Origin: Carcharhinus amblyrhynchos
Lineage: Eukaryota
Reading direction: 5' to 3'
NCBI GenBank assembly: GCA_965287045.1
Contig: OZ336884.1
Span: 41,292,001-41,356,000, forward strand
DNA: 64,000 nt
Shown here: piece after piece, positions 11,579 through 24,890 of the stretch
Numbering within the stretch: the stretch's first letter is position 1
How the letters are laid out: each line of letters begins with the position of its first letter
The notes under the pieces: model-generated
Database searches by the model: none
What the model saw: the letters and a program-made list of their open reading frames with translations, nothing else
What the model was told of the DNA's origin: nothing
Position numbers and translations under genes: made by a program

Positions 11579-13314
11579 CACGTGCCTCAATACTTTCATA
11601 AATAAACACCCTAGTATGCAATATAAAACGCATTATAACAGTCTGTGATTATAGATATTGAATATCAAATTGCATTTTAACAACATTAAGAGGCAATTCC
11701 TTTTGAGAACTAATTCCCTTAAAGATGAGGGTGCATCAGTACATAACTAGACAAGGGTGAAAATTCATTGTCTCATCCATTGAGGCTGATCAAACTACTG
11801 TTCAAGCATGGATGGAGACTCCTGACCAATGTAATATAACAATTTTTCTACATTATTAGATAAAACTTGCTTGGAAATACCAGGGAAGTTGGCTTTAAGA
11901 TCTGTACAAGAGTGAAGCCTGCTGATTGACTTTGTGTCTATGATAGGAGCATACTACCAGCTTTATTGTGATTATGCCCATATACTTAATGGTGCCAGAA
12001 ATGCTGTTAATACACTGCAGTGAGCACACCATTATAGGTAGTAGCTTCATTGTTTAAAAACCAGGAATACAATTGGATCTTGTATAAGAAATCAAGTTCA
12101 TCACAGAATGTTGACATCGCAGTAATAAAGTCATCTCAAGTAAGAAGTCAAGATACCAAAGCTGCAAAAATTCAAATGTTTAGGTGTCTGAATACATGAT
12201 CACCAAAATATGCCGCAGAATGAAAGCAATCATTTAATCACAATTTTAAGCAGCAATTGTTAACAACCTGGCATAGCTTTTATATATAACAGTGCCTGTG
12301 TCTGCTGTAGGTCCTTTGTATTTGTGACCCAAGCAATTATAAAGAAAGACAAACTCATCAATGCTCCATGGGAACTCATCATACACAGATCTTATTATGC
12401 AGTCATTTGCTTGGCTTTCTATCCCCTATTGGCTGCATGATGTCTGTTCGTTTTCACTATTAGAATCTTTCCTTCACCCTTCTACTGATTGTTACATGCT
12501 ATACAAGATCTTTGGTCTGGACAGCAGACAGACAAGCTGTTCAGAGGTCTCTGCCAGGGCTTCTTTGAAAACAGGTCTATGTGATAAATACAGCAAGTTA
12601 ACATCCCTGCCCATCAGCTGCCTCTAAACCACAAGAGACATGTGGGAATATACACTCCAACCTTGATCACTGTAGAAATTATTGTGGCAGTGGCAGGGAT
12701 TCAAATTAACAAGTCAGGAAACTAGGAACAAATGTCGGATACTGCAGGTGGCAAAATTTGCCAAAATATGTATTTTGTTTGCTGTAATGCGCAGATCTGT
12801 TTACTATGTTTATGAAATGAAACAAGAATAAAACTGATGAATAAATAGCAGCTGGTATGACTTCTTGATATTTAGCATTCAAAAACATTAGCCAGGTCAT
12901 CGACATTCATATAAAATAGAACAGTCCCATTTACTAATGGTTTAGACTGACAAAAAACTGCTTTTCAAACAGTTTGTGCTAAAAGCTTCAGGAGCTGTGT
13001 TTGTTACACATTGGGAATTCTGACCCATGGACATTTTCTGTTCGCTGCAGTGCTGCAATTCCCCTTAGGATTGTCTCACAGAAGTTTATTTTTGGATTGC
13101 ACAAAAGTAGAGAAGTTGGTTAGCTACATGTTTTCTGTTCGAGAAAATCCATGTCAGGCCATGAGATTAGATTTGATGCTGTGCTTCTGAGTAACTAGGT
13201 GATGCGCTATCTATCTCTTGCCCTCTCTCTCCCATTGCTATTGTCAATGGTTCTCAAAAGGAATATTTACTTGCACTGTCTCAAAACTTCTTTGTGCATG
13301 TTTCATTCACTTAC

Positions 13315-13978
13315 CATGGCAGGCTCCATTAACTTCCTCATAGCCAATGCTACAGACACATCTTCCCAAAGGAACCAACCAGTCCCCGTCTGCACCGCAG
13401 TACAGCTTTGGTGTATCTTTCTCCTCTGCGTTCTTCACACAGGACCCACGGACTTCCACAAGGGATGAAGAATCAACTCTAGGGATGGTGTCAGGAAACA
13501 TTGCCAAGTTGCGGAACGTAAATGGGCATTTTTTATAGTACACACGCACAGAGACAAGAGCGATGCAAGCACCAATATCCTGAAAGGCAAGGTAAAATCC
13601 CTTTTTGGTGATTGGCCCAACCTCACGGATCTCAGTGTTCAGTTTAAGTATACGATCTCCTAGATCCATCTGAGTGAAACTCTCATCGGCTGCAATTGTA
13701 TCAATTTTAGTGTATTGATTTTGCTTGAATTTAACACCATGAGACTCATTTGATTCCATGTAATATAGATTGAACGTTTCTTTGCAAGTTCCCAGAACCC
13801 AGGGAATGCTGTTGCAGTCCCTCAAGGTGAACTTTAATTCAATGTACACCTTCTGAGCCGCCTCACGGGAAATCCAGTTAGTCCGCAGCCAGTTGTTCTG
13901 ATTGGGTTCCATCACATTGCAGACCTGGTAAGTGTGGATGGGTCGGTTGCGTTCGTCCATCTCTGGGATAGCATCCCA
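13315..13978 (-). CDS. EPHA6: Ephrin type-A receptor 6, large internal exon (exon 3 equivalent): ephrin ligand-binding domain plus start of Cys-rich region
   Basis: Translation [37 protein letters not shown]...[17 protein letters not shown]...[20 protein letters not shown]...[20 protein letters not shown]. The motifs [16 protein letters not shown] and YCGADGDW match EphA6 rather than EphA3/4/5/7 as I recall them. Acceptor ttgttttccag|TGG at 13978; donor CATG|gtaagt at 13315. Confidence 0.93.
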
Positions 13979-14769
13979 CTGGAAAACAAGAAAAATCAGA
14001 TGAAGAAACTGAGCAGCTCTGGATTCAGTCGAATTGTAGTCCATGATTATAAACCATAGGAAGTAAAATATTATACAGAAGACAGACAAGAATATTTACT
14101 GATATTATAACAGGATATTCAGACTTTAATACTGCTCTCATAAAACTGTTTTATCCTTCAACTAAGTCCCTTAATGATACTGTAATGAAAATTTACTGGT
14201 AACCAGATAAGATTGGCAATCAATTAATCCCAATGTACCACCAAATAAACCCCATGTCACAGAATGCATGAATAGTGCTTTTTCATGTTTTGCTTTCTGT
14301 AATGCTTTGTACTAACATAAGAATTTTCAGTGGCACACCTGACTTTCAAGAAGACTGCAATCTACTCAAAAAGTAATTTTTTTAAAAATATGAAGATGGT
14401 TGAATACTCTTAAAAGATATATGCTTGCTGTTCACTGAAAAAGCAGCTACACTGCTCCAATTTTGACACTAAGGTGGTGAGTCTGCTCAGAATGGAACTG
14501 GGGAGCCAATGAGAGCTAAGATGAGGAGTTGGGAAGTAGAGAGCAGTGGGAGGCCTGGGGGGTTTGGGGGCTGCACAGTAGGAGATCGTAGGGTGGAAAG
14601 AAGTGAAAAAGGAGGACCAAGCAGATAAGTCGTGGTGATAAAGCATAGAGCACGTAAGAAGAAACTTTTTAAAGATGCAGGCAGGTCCAAGAGAGCACGC
14701 GTGTAGAAGCTGAGCAGGTTTTATATCATAACCATAGTATCGGTGTTCAAATTTAATGGGGCAAATATA

Positions 14770-14882
14770 CCGTGCCGCCCACCACCGGAATTGGAACAGG
14801 CGAGGGGCAGACCATGGAAAGGTCCATTGAACTCGGACAGGATTTTCTGGTTTCAGGGCAAGCAAGGCCAGAATATCCCGCC
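14770..14882. mobile_element. End of a short MITE-like interspersed repeat
   Basis: GC-rich ggacaggattttctggtt...ccagaatatcccgcc internal inverted repeat. Related terminus (ccggaaaattctacc) at ~20200-20310. Confidence 0.4.
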
Positions 14883-15398
14883 TAATATATTTAAAATTAA
14901 AATCGCAAAGTAAAGCCATCTACAGCAACCAGACAATTATGCAATAGTTCTGATAGATGCGTCGCAAAATTTACTCTTGAAACAACAATTTATAATTTGA
15001 AAAGGTTGACAGAATGTGTGACAAAAAAGCAATAGAGAATCAACTTGAGCAGATGTAAGGTTGTTCCTTATGCACAATTAGTAATACTGGGATTTATTCA
15101 ACGTAATGGATTTAATCTAAAATAATGGACTGATTTTAATGCTCCCTGCCTCAGTGGACAATGAAAATTAGCAAGGTTACTTAACTGTGTTGCAGCCACC
15201 TAAATACAATTTTAAATTGCTAAACTGAACAACAAGGACACCCACTCAGAACCAATGGGGTCCTTTTTTGTTAATGCATGTCAGGCATCAATAATAACAG
15301 ATGTGCTTTTTCAGCCATACAGGGAAAAAAAATTACACCTCTCCTGTCCAAACCCAGCTCCCAATATGATCATCCCTCCAGTGCACCAAACACCCTGT

Positions 15399-15677
15399 GG
15401 GTGGCATGGTGGCACAGTGGTTAGCACTGCTGCCTCACAGCGCCGGGGACCCAGGTTCAATTCCCAGTCTGGGTCACTATCTGTGTGGAATTTGCATGTT
15501 CTCCCCGTGTCTGCATAGGTTTCCACCGGGTGCTCTGGTTTCCTCTCTCATTCTGAAAAATGTCTTGGTTAGCTGCATTGACCCGAACAGGTGGCAGATT
15601 GTGGCGAGTAGGGGAATTTCACAGCAATTTCATTGCAGTGTTAATGTAAGCCTTACTTCTGACTAATAAATAAACTT
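15399..15677 (+). mobile_element. V-SINE with alternative tail (…gtgttaatgtaagcctacttgtgacactaataaataaac)
   Basis: Same head and V-domain as HE1, different 3' end shared with 18333-18610, 22445-22590, 45187-45840 and 54517-54805. Confidence 0.85.
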
Positions 15678-16531
15678 GATTTTGACACATCCTGTCTCCA
15701 CACCCCCCACCTCCATTCTCACCCACTGCAGCCAACACCCCCCCCCCCACATCAACTCAGCAGCCCAATCCCATCACTTGGTCTTGGGGGAAAGCGCGGG
15801 GTCATATCGTTTTCCAACACTCATGCCTGGGATGATTCAGAAGTCAATTGGCAGGATTTAAACGAGCCCTGGATATTAAAATATCCTGAGACTCTTTTCT
15901 GGGGCAGCCGGTGACTATCTAATTTAAATATTCACTTAGTATTGAAACACCCCTAGAGTTAAAAGTGGGCCATGTATGTTGTAGATGTTCAGCTTCCCTA
16001 GTATTAGAAGAAATATGGTCTTGTCAGAAAATTTTCTTCTTCAGCTTAAGTATGTAATTTCACAACTTGTCAGACTTCTCATTAGGGCTGTTCATAAAAA
16101 TAGAAGGGCATATGATTTTACATGATCCATAGTTTAGCATTTTAAAAAATTATAAATGTAACTACCCTACATTTTACATCCTAGGTTTTAAGAATTCCAA
16201 CAAAGCCACAGTTATTCATTTCAACATCTGTCACTTGAATTTTTCATTCCATTTATCTCTCTCATGTGTAATTCAGGCTGAATCCTGTGGTGTACAGGCC
16301 CAATAGTCTGTCCAACCATGGTTTTTACCCAACATCCAGGTTGTCACCACAGCTGCATTTATCTATCTTCAGCTTTTACTTCACTCTCATACTTCTATCT
16401 CTTCACTCCTTATCTTCTCGGCTCCCAAAACCTTGAAACTTTAAATAACTAAGGATTGTTTTCTCCATTCAGATCCCATTTCCATTGTTCTCAAACTCCT
16501 CAATTTTGCAGCCCAGCTATCCTCTCACATC

Positions 16532-16826
16532 ATAGAATCCTACAGTGCAGAAGGAGGACATTCTGCCCATCAAGTCTACACTGACCACAATCCCATCCAG
16601 GTCCTCCCCTCATAACCCCATGCATTTACCCTAGCTAGTCCGCCTGACACTAAGGGGCAATTTAGCATGGCCAATCCACCTAACCTGTACATCTTTGGAC
16701 TGTGGGAAGAAGCTGGAGCACGGACACAGGGAGAATGTGCTGACTTCATGCAGACAGCGATCCAAGCTGGTAATTGAACCTGGTGCTGTGAGGCAGCACT
16801 GCTAACCACTGTGCCACCATGCTGCC
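16532..16826 (-). mobile_element. HE1-type SINE
   Basis: atagaatcctacagtgcagaagg tail through gctaaccactgtgccaccatgctgccc head (reverse). Confidence 0.85.
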
Positions 16827-16849
16827 CATCCTTCTTGAGCTCCAGTGAC

Positions 16850-18180
16850 TCCTTGTGCACCGCTCAATTCATTTCAAGAGGCCCTCCTGCTATATTTTAA
16901 ATCATTTGACAGCCTTGTTTCACTCTATTTGAGTAATGTTGACCAAAGCGTTCTCCCTCAGCTGATTCCATTCTTGTCTATCCAGTCACAACCAGAGAAT
17001 TGCTTGTGTGACTTCTCTTCCTGCACCTTTACTTCCGGTTTGTCTCCCATTTCTCAGCTAATACTGCCTGATTGTTGATGTCATACACACTAACAATACC
17101 CAGCTCTACCTCACCATCGACTCACCCACTATTAATAAGTTATAAGGCTGTGTATATGATATCCAGTATTGGTGAAGCAGAAATTCCTCCAATTAAATAC
17201 TGGGAAGACCGACTTCCATTGTTTTGGATTCCCACACCAAAGTTTATCCCCCGTCTACCAAGTCTATCCCTTTCCCAAGTAACAGACTATGCTGTCCGTT
17301 CACAAACTTGGTGTCACATTTGACCTCATGATGAGCTTTTAGCCACACATTCATTCCATTACTAAGATCAATTTTGTCCACTTCCATTACATGTCTGATT
17401 TTGTCCTTGCCTCAGTTCATCTTCAGCTAAAACCTTCATTTCCACTCTCATTATCTGTTGTCCAAACTATTTTAACACTCTTCTGACTGGCCTCTTGCAA
17501 TCAACCTTCTGTAGACATAAGTTAGCAAAACTCTTAACCTGCATCAAGTCCCATTCAATTATCACTTCTGTGCTCACTGACCTACATTGGAGTTGCTTGA
17601 CTAGGAGCCAATTTAAAATTCTCAGTTTTCCTTCCAAATTCCTTGATTGTCTCATCCCTTCCTACCTTTGTGACCTCCTCCGACCCCACACTCTCAGAGA
17701 TATCAACAGTCATCTAATTTTGGCCTCTTGAGCATTGCACTTTTAATTGCTTTCCTTCCTTGAAGACGCGCATTTAAACCCACTTCTTAAACTAACCCTT
17801 TAATCTGCTGGCCTAATATTTTGTTATTTGGTTTGGGGTCTATGGAGATTGTGACGATTGTCCCTTTAAGGGCAACACAGCAGAACAGGGTCATTTGGCT
17901 TGAAGGACCAATTGGGACCAAGATTGGGTAATCACCCCCAGGGCTGGAGTCCTCTCTTAGGCAGACAGACATCGAGAAGCCATGTAGAAAATATGTAGGA
18001 ACTGAGGTAGCTGGTGGGCTGCTCAAGGGCCACAGTATAGATTTCCTTTATTAATAAATATCCTTTGTGTTCCTGATGAAGTCTATCAGTGTGCATCATT
18101 AATGTCATCATTTGTTTCATCATGCTTCTGTGCAGTGCCTTGGGATATTTTATTATATTAAATGCAAAAATTGCTGCTGG
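16850..18180 (+). mobile_element. Degenerate L2-clade LINE (RT to 3' tail), interrupted at ~17850-18110
   Basis: aacttggtgtcacatttgacc; HSIITSVLTDLHW..QFKIL (cf. L2 HITPVL..LHWLP...FKIL); tail gtgcagtgccttgggatatttt. Confidence 0.7.
17850..18110 (+). mobile_element. Possible solo LTR nested in the L2 tail
   Basis: Starts TGTGACG, contains AATAAA near its 3' end, ends near ..GTCA/TCA, and interrupts otherwise continuous L2 3' sequence. Confidence 0.4.
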
Positions 18181-18332
18181 TGTAATCATCTCAGTCATAC
18201 GTACCAATCAGCAAACTCCAATCCTCTAGCTTCGTATTATTGTTGCTTTTAAACCCATTTATGTCACAATGTTCCTGCTCCCTGCAACACTCTCTGAAAA
18301 CCACTATTTTTTTGCGCTTTATGAAATGCCTG

Positions 18333-18610
18333 GGGTGGCACGACGGCATAATGGTTAACACTGCTGCCTAACATCACCAAGGACCCGGGTTCAATTCTCA
18401 GCTTGGGTTACTGTTCTCCCCACGTCTGTGTGGGTTTCCTCTGGGTGCTCGGGTTTCCTCTCAGTCTGAAAGATGTGCTGGTTAGGTGCATCGGCTATGC
18501 TAAATTCTCTCTCACTGTACACGGACAAGTGTGGCGACTAGGGGATTTTCACAGTAACTTCATTGCGGTGTTAATGTAAGGCTACTTGTGACACTAATAC
18601 ATAAACTTTA
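18333..18610 (+). mobile_element. V-SINE with alternative tail
   Basis: ggtggcacgacggcataatggttaacactgctgcc head; ggggattttcacagtaacttcattgcggtgttaatg tail. Confidence 0.85.
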
Positions 18611-19394
18611 AAAATTCTTATAACCTATATCATTCAATACCTTCAGCCACCTCCTCTGGAATATCATTGCTCCCCCGCGATGTCCTCCATAACATTCTGA
18701 AGGGAAGCTACTTTATAATGTTCTCTCACTAATTCAGTGCAAACCAACCAACATTTCTCAGCGTGTTACTTTGACTGATAGCACACTGTCATGTGTTGTA
18801 GCTTTTCTTTCCTATTTCCACATTTATAAGGTTAAAATGTTAAATCTGAGCTCGGCCATCAGCCAGTAATGGGAGTGAGGAGGTGGGTAAGTGGCATCAG
18901 CACTAGCACAGAGAAATCCTGAAAGCTCGGTTTGAGAGACATATATTTGTGTTATAGGCAAATGTTCCTCGTGAGGCATTTGGACTGAGATATTCTAAGT
19001 TTTGGAAGGTGGGGGAGAGCAAGGGGCTGGTAAAAGGGAGAAATGGCTTGTATTCTACTTTGATTCACACTGCAACATTTAAAATCTTGACACTTTCAAA
19101 CTATGTTAATTTACAGATAGCAATTAATAATCAAACTCAAATCTTTGGCTCCATTCTGCTAGTCATTCAAGCAATCTTATATTTTTACTGTAGTTTACAA
19201 AAATGGCTGCTGGTTTCTTATAGAGGATACCTCTGTTTTAGTTAATAGATGACCAATTTCCTTGAGGATCAGAATATCCTACCATTATTTTGTTACTATT
19301 TAAATTTCTTTGGAAGTTAGTCAATATTTTTGTTCTGGAACTAAACCGGAAATTGTGCTCCAACCTCTGGTGCACAAGAAACGATTGTGCCTAA

Positions 19395-19710
19395 TCCCTA
19401 TGGTGCAAAAAGAGGCCACTCAGCCCATCGAGGCTGCACCAACAACAATTCTACCCAGACCCTCACTCCGTAACTTCACTTATTTACCCTATCAATCCCC
19501 CTGACACTAAGGGACAATTTAACATGGCCAATCCACCTAACCTGCACAGCTTTGGACTGTGGGAGGAAACAACAGCACCCAGAGGAAAGCCGTGCTGACA
19601 GGGGGAGAGTGTGTAAACACCACACAGATAGTGATCCGAGGCTGTAAGTGAACCTAGGTTCCTGGCACTGTGAGGCAGCAATGCTAACCAGAGTGTCACC
19701 GTGCTGACCC
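19395..19710 (-). mobile_element. HE1-type SINE
   Basis: Reverse of the HE1 head, body and tail. Confidence 0.8.
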
Positions 19711-19789
19711 ACTGGCCTCGAATGTTCTCAACAACTCATCACTGAATAAAGCTGCAATTAACTGCTGTACAAGAACATCTGCGACCATT

Positions 19790-19990
19790 TCTCCCAAGTG
19801 CTCTGGTTTCCTCCCACACTCCAAAATGTGCAGGTTAGATGGGTTGGCCATGCTAAATGAATCCCTAGTGTCAGGAGGATTAGCAGAGTAAATGCATGGG
19901 GTTAGAGGGAAGGGGCCTGTGTGGGAATGCTGTCGGTGAAGGCTCAATGGGTCAAATGGCCTCCTTCTGTGCTGTAGGGATTCTATAATT
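19790..19990 (+). mobile_element. HE1-type SINE, 5'-truncated
   Basis: gtgctctggtttcctcccacactccaaa...ggcctccttctgtgctgtagggattctat. Confidence 0.8.
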
Positions 19991-20539
19991 CAGTTCCACT
20001 GTGAATTTCAAGAATAGTTTTTGACTACGCTTGTTAACAAGGAATATTACAAAACATTTGATTAGCAATTCCACACAAGCTCTAATTAAAATGTAACAAA
20101 ATACTCCTTTAATGAATTATTTTATACGCACAGGGTATTTAGCTTCCTAATACAGGATTAAAATACTGCAGGTGCTGACAATCTGAACTCAAAACATCTG
20201 CCCCTCCTGCCAGTGGGATCTTCTGGTCCCGCTGAAAACAATCACCTTTTGAATGACTTGCCGCATTTTCCAGCCCAGGCCTTGTCGCCTGAAGTGCCGG
20301 AAAATTCTACCAAGAAAATGCCAGAAATGCTCAGGTCAGGGAGCAGGAGTAGAGAGAGAGAAACAGAGTTAAACCTTCTGGTTCATGCATCTTTCACTTT
20401 TCTCACTTCCAATTAAAGGTTAGCAGGTTTTAAGAAAAGCAAAGAGGTAGGAAAAGATTAGATTTTTAAAGTTTATTTATTAGTATCACAAGTAGGCTTA
20501 CATTAACACTGCAATGAATGCTTTTTAAAAAAAATAGAA

Positions 20540-20866
20540 GTCAGTGCAGAAAAAGGCCATTCAGCCCATCGAGTCAGCACTGACAGCAATCCCACCCCAA
20601 GCCCTATCCCCACAACCCCAAACATTTACCCTGCTAATCCCGCTAACCTGCACATCCTGGCACACTAGGAGACAATGTAGCGTTGACCAATCAAGCAAAT
20701 CTGCATATCTTTGGACTGTGGGAAGAAACCGGAGCACCCAGATGAAACCCACACAGACACAGAGAGAACGTGCAGACTCCACACAGACAGTGACCCAAGC
20801 TGGGAATTGAACCTGGGCCCCTGGCACTGTGAGGCAGCAGCGCTAATTACTGTGCCACTGTGCTGC
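20540..20866 (-). mobile_element. HE1-type SINE
   Basis: cagtgcagaaaaaggccattcagcccatcgag...tgaggcagcagcgctaattactgtgccac. Confidence 0.85.
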
Positions 20867-21539
20867 TCAAGTCTAGAGGGAATATATATACACAATAGCA
20901 GAATTTGACATCTGTAAAAAAATGGGAAAGAGATTATGATCAAAATTATTGAACTCAATGTTGGGTCTGCCTGGCTGTATACTGCCTATTCCAAAGGTGA
21001 GCTGCTGTTCCTTAAACTTACACTGAACTTCTCTGAAAGAATTCAGGACATTGAGGGCAGAGGGGTCAGAGTGCAAATGGAACGGAGAATTAACATGACA
21101 AGTGACTGGACCATAAAACCAAAAGATAAAGCGGCAAAATTTGGCCATTCAGTCCATCGTGTCTGCTCCACTATTTGAATATGACTGGAATTTTGGGGTC
21201 ATGCTTAACAGCTGTATCTATGTTCGTCCCTCCAGTGTAAAGGATACATTATACAGAACAGTGAATATGGTGTGCTAAATTGAAAGTCATGCAAATAAAT
21301 CACTGACAGAACAACATGTTCCACCCAATCACAGACCTTACCTTTTCTCTATCCCTTGCTTTTCCCTGCCTTCGTACTCAAAACCTTTTACACCTCTAAT
21401 CCTTTGCAGTTTTGACAAGAGATAGTGACCCTGAAATTTTAGCTCTTTTTCCTGGTGCCACCTATCCTGCAATTTTTGTTTTAATCTCATACTTAGCTCC
21501 CTCTTAGCTTGCCAAAACCATGTTCCTCTGAAGTTTTTC

Positions 21540-21950
21540 ATGGACAAGGGCGTCACTGGTTGGCCAGCATTTATTGCCCATCTCTAGTTGCCCTTGAGGA
21601 GGTGGTGATGAGCTGCCTTCTTGAAATGCTGATACAACTGAGTGGCTTTCTGAGCCATTTCAGAGGGCATTTAAGAATTAATCACATTGATGTGGTTCTG
21701 GAGTCACATGTTGGCCAGACCAGATAAGGATGGCAAATTTCCTTCCCTGAAGGACAACAGTGAACCAGATGGGTTTTCCCGACAATTGACAATGGTTTGA
21801 TGGTCATTAGTAGATTTTAATCCCAAATACTTTTTACTGAATACAAATTTCACCAACTGCCATGGTGGGATTGGAACCCAGGTTCCCAAAACATTAACTG
21901 AATTTCTGGATTAATAGTCGAGTGATAATACCATCAGGCCATCCCTCCTC
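21540..21950 (-). mobile_element. DeuSINE (SacSINE1-like)
   Basis: Deu-domain ctggagtcacatgttggccagaccagataaggatggcaaatttccttccctgaagg; tail ggccagcatttattgcccatc; tRNA-like head ggtgggattggaaccca. Confidence 0.8.
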
Positions 21951-22444
21951 CACGTAACATGTCAAAATGTGCAGCATATTATCCTGCAACTTGCATCTCC
22001 AGGAGCAGAAATGCATTGTGATGGCTATAGCTCCAATTTCTTACCATTGTTATGCTTGCAGCATTAGAGCAAACATCCTCAGTTGCGCTCTCTGATATAA
22101 ACATTTTTCACTGATAAAACAAGGGAAAAAGTACACACGCATCATCTAAAATTGAGCTCTAATTGAATAAAAACTGCAGGTGGGTAAGTAAAAAGGTGCT
22201 TTGTTGCTAGATTTCTGAGCGAATGAGCCCTGCTGCTCAGTATCACACTAATTTATAATTCAGCCCAATCGATTAGTTACTCCGCAACTGACTGCCTTGT
22301 TTCTTACATTACAACAATGACCGCACATCAAAAGTACTTCACTGGCTGCAAAGTGCTTCAGATGGTTATAAAAAGCACCAAATAAATGCAATTCATTCAA
22401 ATGTTTATTTTTTGTAATGAAAATCTTCTGGCTATAGTGAAAAA

Positions 22445-22590
22445 GATCTGCTGGTTAGGTGCATTGGCCATGCAAAATTCTCCCTCAGTATACCGGCACA
22501 GGCACTGGAGTGTGGTGACTAGGCATTTTCACAGTAACTTCATTACTGTATTAATGTAAGCCTACTTGTGACAATAATAAATTAACTTTA
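22445..22590 (+). mobile_element. 3' part of alternative-tail V-SINE
   Basis: gctggttaggtgcattggccatg...cctacttgtgacaataataa. Confidence 0.75.
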
Positions 22591-22662
22591 AATGCCGTGT
22601 CCTTAAAATATAGTTCATATGTAATGAAATACGTGACGGTTACAATATCCAAAATCCCACTT

Positions 22663-23266
22663 ATAAGAACATAAGAACATAAGAAGTAGGAGCAGGAGTA
22701 GGCCATCTAGCCCTTCGAGCCTGCCCCGCTATTCAATAAGATCATGGCTGATCTGAAGTGGCTCAGTTCCACTTTCCCGCTTTCTCCCCATAACCCTTAA
22801 TTCCCTTGCCTACCAAAAACCTATCTACCCGTGTCTTAAATATATTTAGCAAGGTAGCCTCCACCACTTCAACGGGCAGAGAATTCCAGAGATTCACCAC
22901 CCTTTGAGTGAAGAAGTTCCTCCTCAACTCTGATCTAAACTGCACCCCCCACCCTTATCTTGAGGCTGTGCCCCCTAGTCCTGTTGTCCTATCTGAGTGG
23001 GAAGAATCTCTCTACCTCTACCCTATCCATCCCTTTCATTATCTTATACATCTCTATAAGATCCCCCCTCATCCTTCTAAACTCCAACGAGTACAGACCC
23101 AGTCTAGTTAGTCTCTCTTCACAGTCCAACCCCCTCATCTCCGGTATCAGCCAAGTGAACCACCTCTGCACTCCCTCCAAGGCCAAAATATCCTTGCGCA
23201 AGTGCGGCGACCAAAACTGCACACAGTACTCCATCTGCAGCCTCACCAATGCCCTGTACAGTTGCA
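22663..23266 (-). mobile_element. Young CR1 3' fragment, same subfamily as 32018-33630
   Basis: QLYRALVRLQMEYCVQFWSPHLRKD...; (ATAAGAAC)n tail; 3' UTR nearly identical to 32030-32130. Confidence 0.92.
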
Positions 23267-23959
23267 AAATAGAAAATATTACTCAGCACATATTAGATTC
23301 TAACCTGCATTTCCTGAAAGTTCTACTTTTCCGAGATAGAATTTCCTTTTCTCAACTGGAAAGTGTGAACACTTGCATTGAAATTTTGTACTTCAGTGTC
23401 AGCTGTTTATTGTTAAGCACGATTCCATTTATTTTTCATCATTGCAGTCAGCCATGAAGTCGGTTGTTACAAGTTTGGGTAATGGCATATTAAATGTGTT
23501 CTTGGTGTCTCCTATTGGCAGATCCTACATCCATAGAATCCCTACAGGACAGTCCTGTAATAACAGCTATTTATCATTGTTGCTCAATATCTAGCCATAT
23601 GAGGGCCCAGTTAGTTCAATTAGCTGGAAAGCTACCATGCAGTTCAGATATAATGCCAATAGCATGGGTTCTGGCTGAGCTAGACCTGCCTCCTCATCCT
23701 GCCCAGGTGCTGTCAAAAACAATCAAGAGAAATAAATACCTCAGGATTCAAGCACAGCAGAGAATGGACCAAGGACCGTTCTTTGGGCAGAGCACTCATG
23801 GAATGGAAATGAAATCTAGTCACAGATGCAAGGATGGCCTAATGGAATTTCTTATGTCAGGTGAATTTTGTAATCTTGAACGGGTCCTCGTTAACAAATG
23901 AGAGCAGAGCTAGGCCTCACAGTTCCTTAAGACTCCTCCACATCGGAATCACAGCTAAT

Positions 23960-24160
23960 TTTCAATTCTACTTCACTTTCCCATCCATATCTCAATTCCC
24001 TTAGAACTCAAAATCCAATTGGCCTCAGCCTTGAATGCACTCAACAATTGAACATACAAAGCTTTTTAGTGTAGAGAATTCCATAGGTTCACAACCCTCT
24101 GCTGGAGAAATTTCACCTCTTCTCAATGTCCAGTGACTGACCCCTTAACTTGAGGCAATA
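23960..24160 (-). mobile_element. Old CR1 3' fragment
   Basis: gtagagaattccataggttcacaaccctctg..agaaatttc..ctc. Confidence 0.55.
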
Positions 24161-24559
24161 CACCCCTGCTTTAGCCATCGCAGCATGTTTGTTCTTAATT
24201 CTGAAGGATGGACTGATAGATTCACTACTAGGGCAAGGACTGTTGCAATTACATTCAACATAATCTATCCTATTTTTCAATAAAAGTAAATTCATTTCAA
24301 TGTTCCATGTAACAAAAAAAAGGCAAAATATATTTGCCTGGATCTTTTGCGAAGCATCACGGGAATTGAAAAGGTTGAACTTCTCCATACTTTGACGCTG
24401 TTCCGCAATTCTTGCTCAGTTTTCTGACCCCATCTTCTCCAGAAGCGTGGAGCACATTGTCACTTGGAGACCTCTATTGCAGCGATAATGGGTTAGGGGA
24501 GAATCAAGACTTGGTAAGCTTAAACATCCAGTATCAAAGTTAAGTGAATGAGTGAATTT

Positions 24560-24890
24560 TTCTTTTATTCATTCGTGAGACATGGGCATCACTGGTTGGC
24601 CAGCATTTCTTGCCCATCCCAAATTGCCCTTGGAAGGGTAGCTGAGAATCAATCACATTTCTGTGGCTCTGGAGTCACATGTAGGCCAGGCAAGGATGGC
24701 AGATTTCTTTTCCTGAAAGACACTAGTGAACCAGATGGGTTTTTCTGACAATTGTTTCATGGTCATCAGTAGATTCTTAGTTCCAGATAATTTTTTTTAT
24801 TGAATTCAAATTTCACCATCTGCCTGGGTAACCAGAACATTTCTGGATTAATAGTGTAGCGATTATACCACTAGGCCGTCGCCTCCCCTT
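24560..24890 (-). mobile_element. DeuSINE (SacSINE1-like)
   Basis: Colinear with 21540-21950. Confidence 0.8.

Noticed and set aside
13979-14089. Hydrophobic N-terminal extension of ORF 13307-14089 as a signal peptide
   Set aside because: It lies upstream of a canonical splice acceptor and has no Eph similarity; it is intronic read-through.
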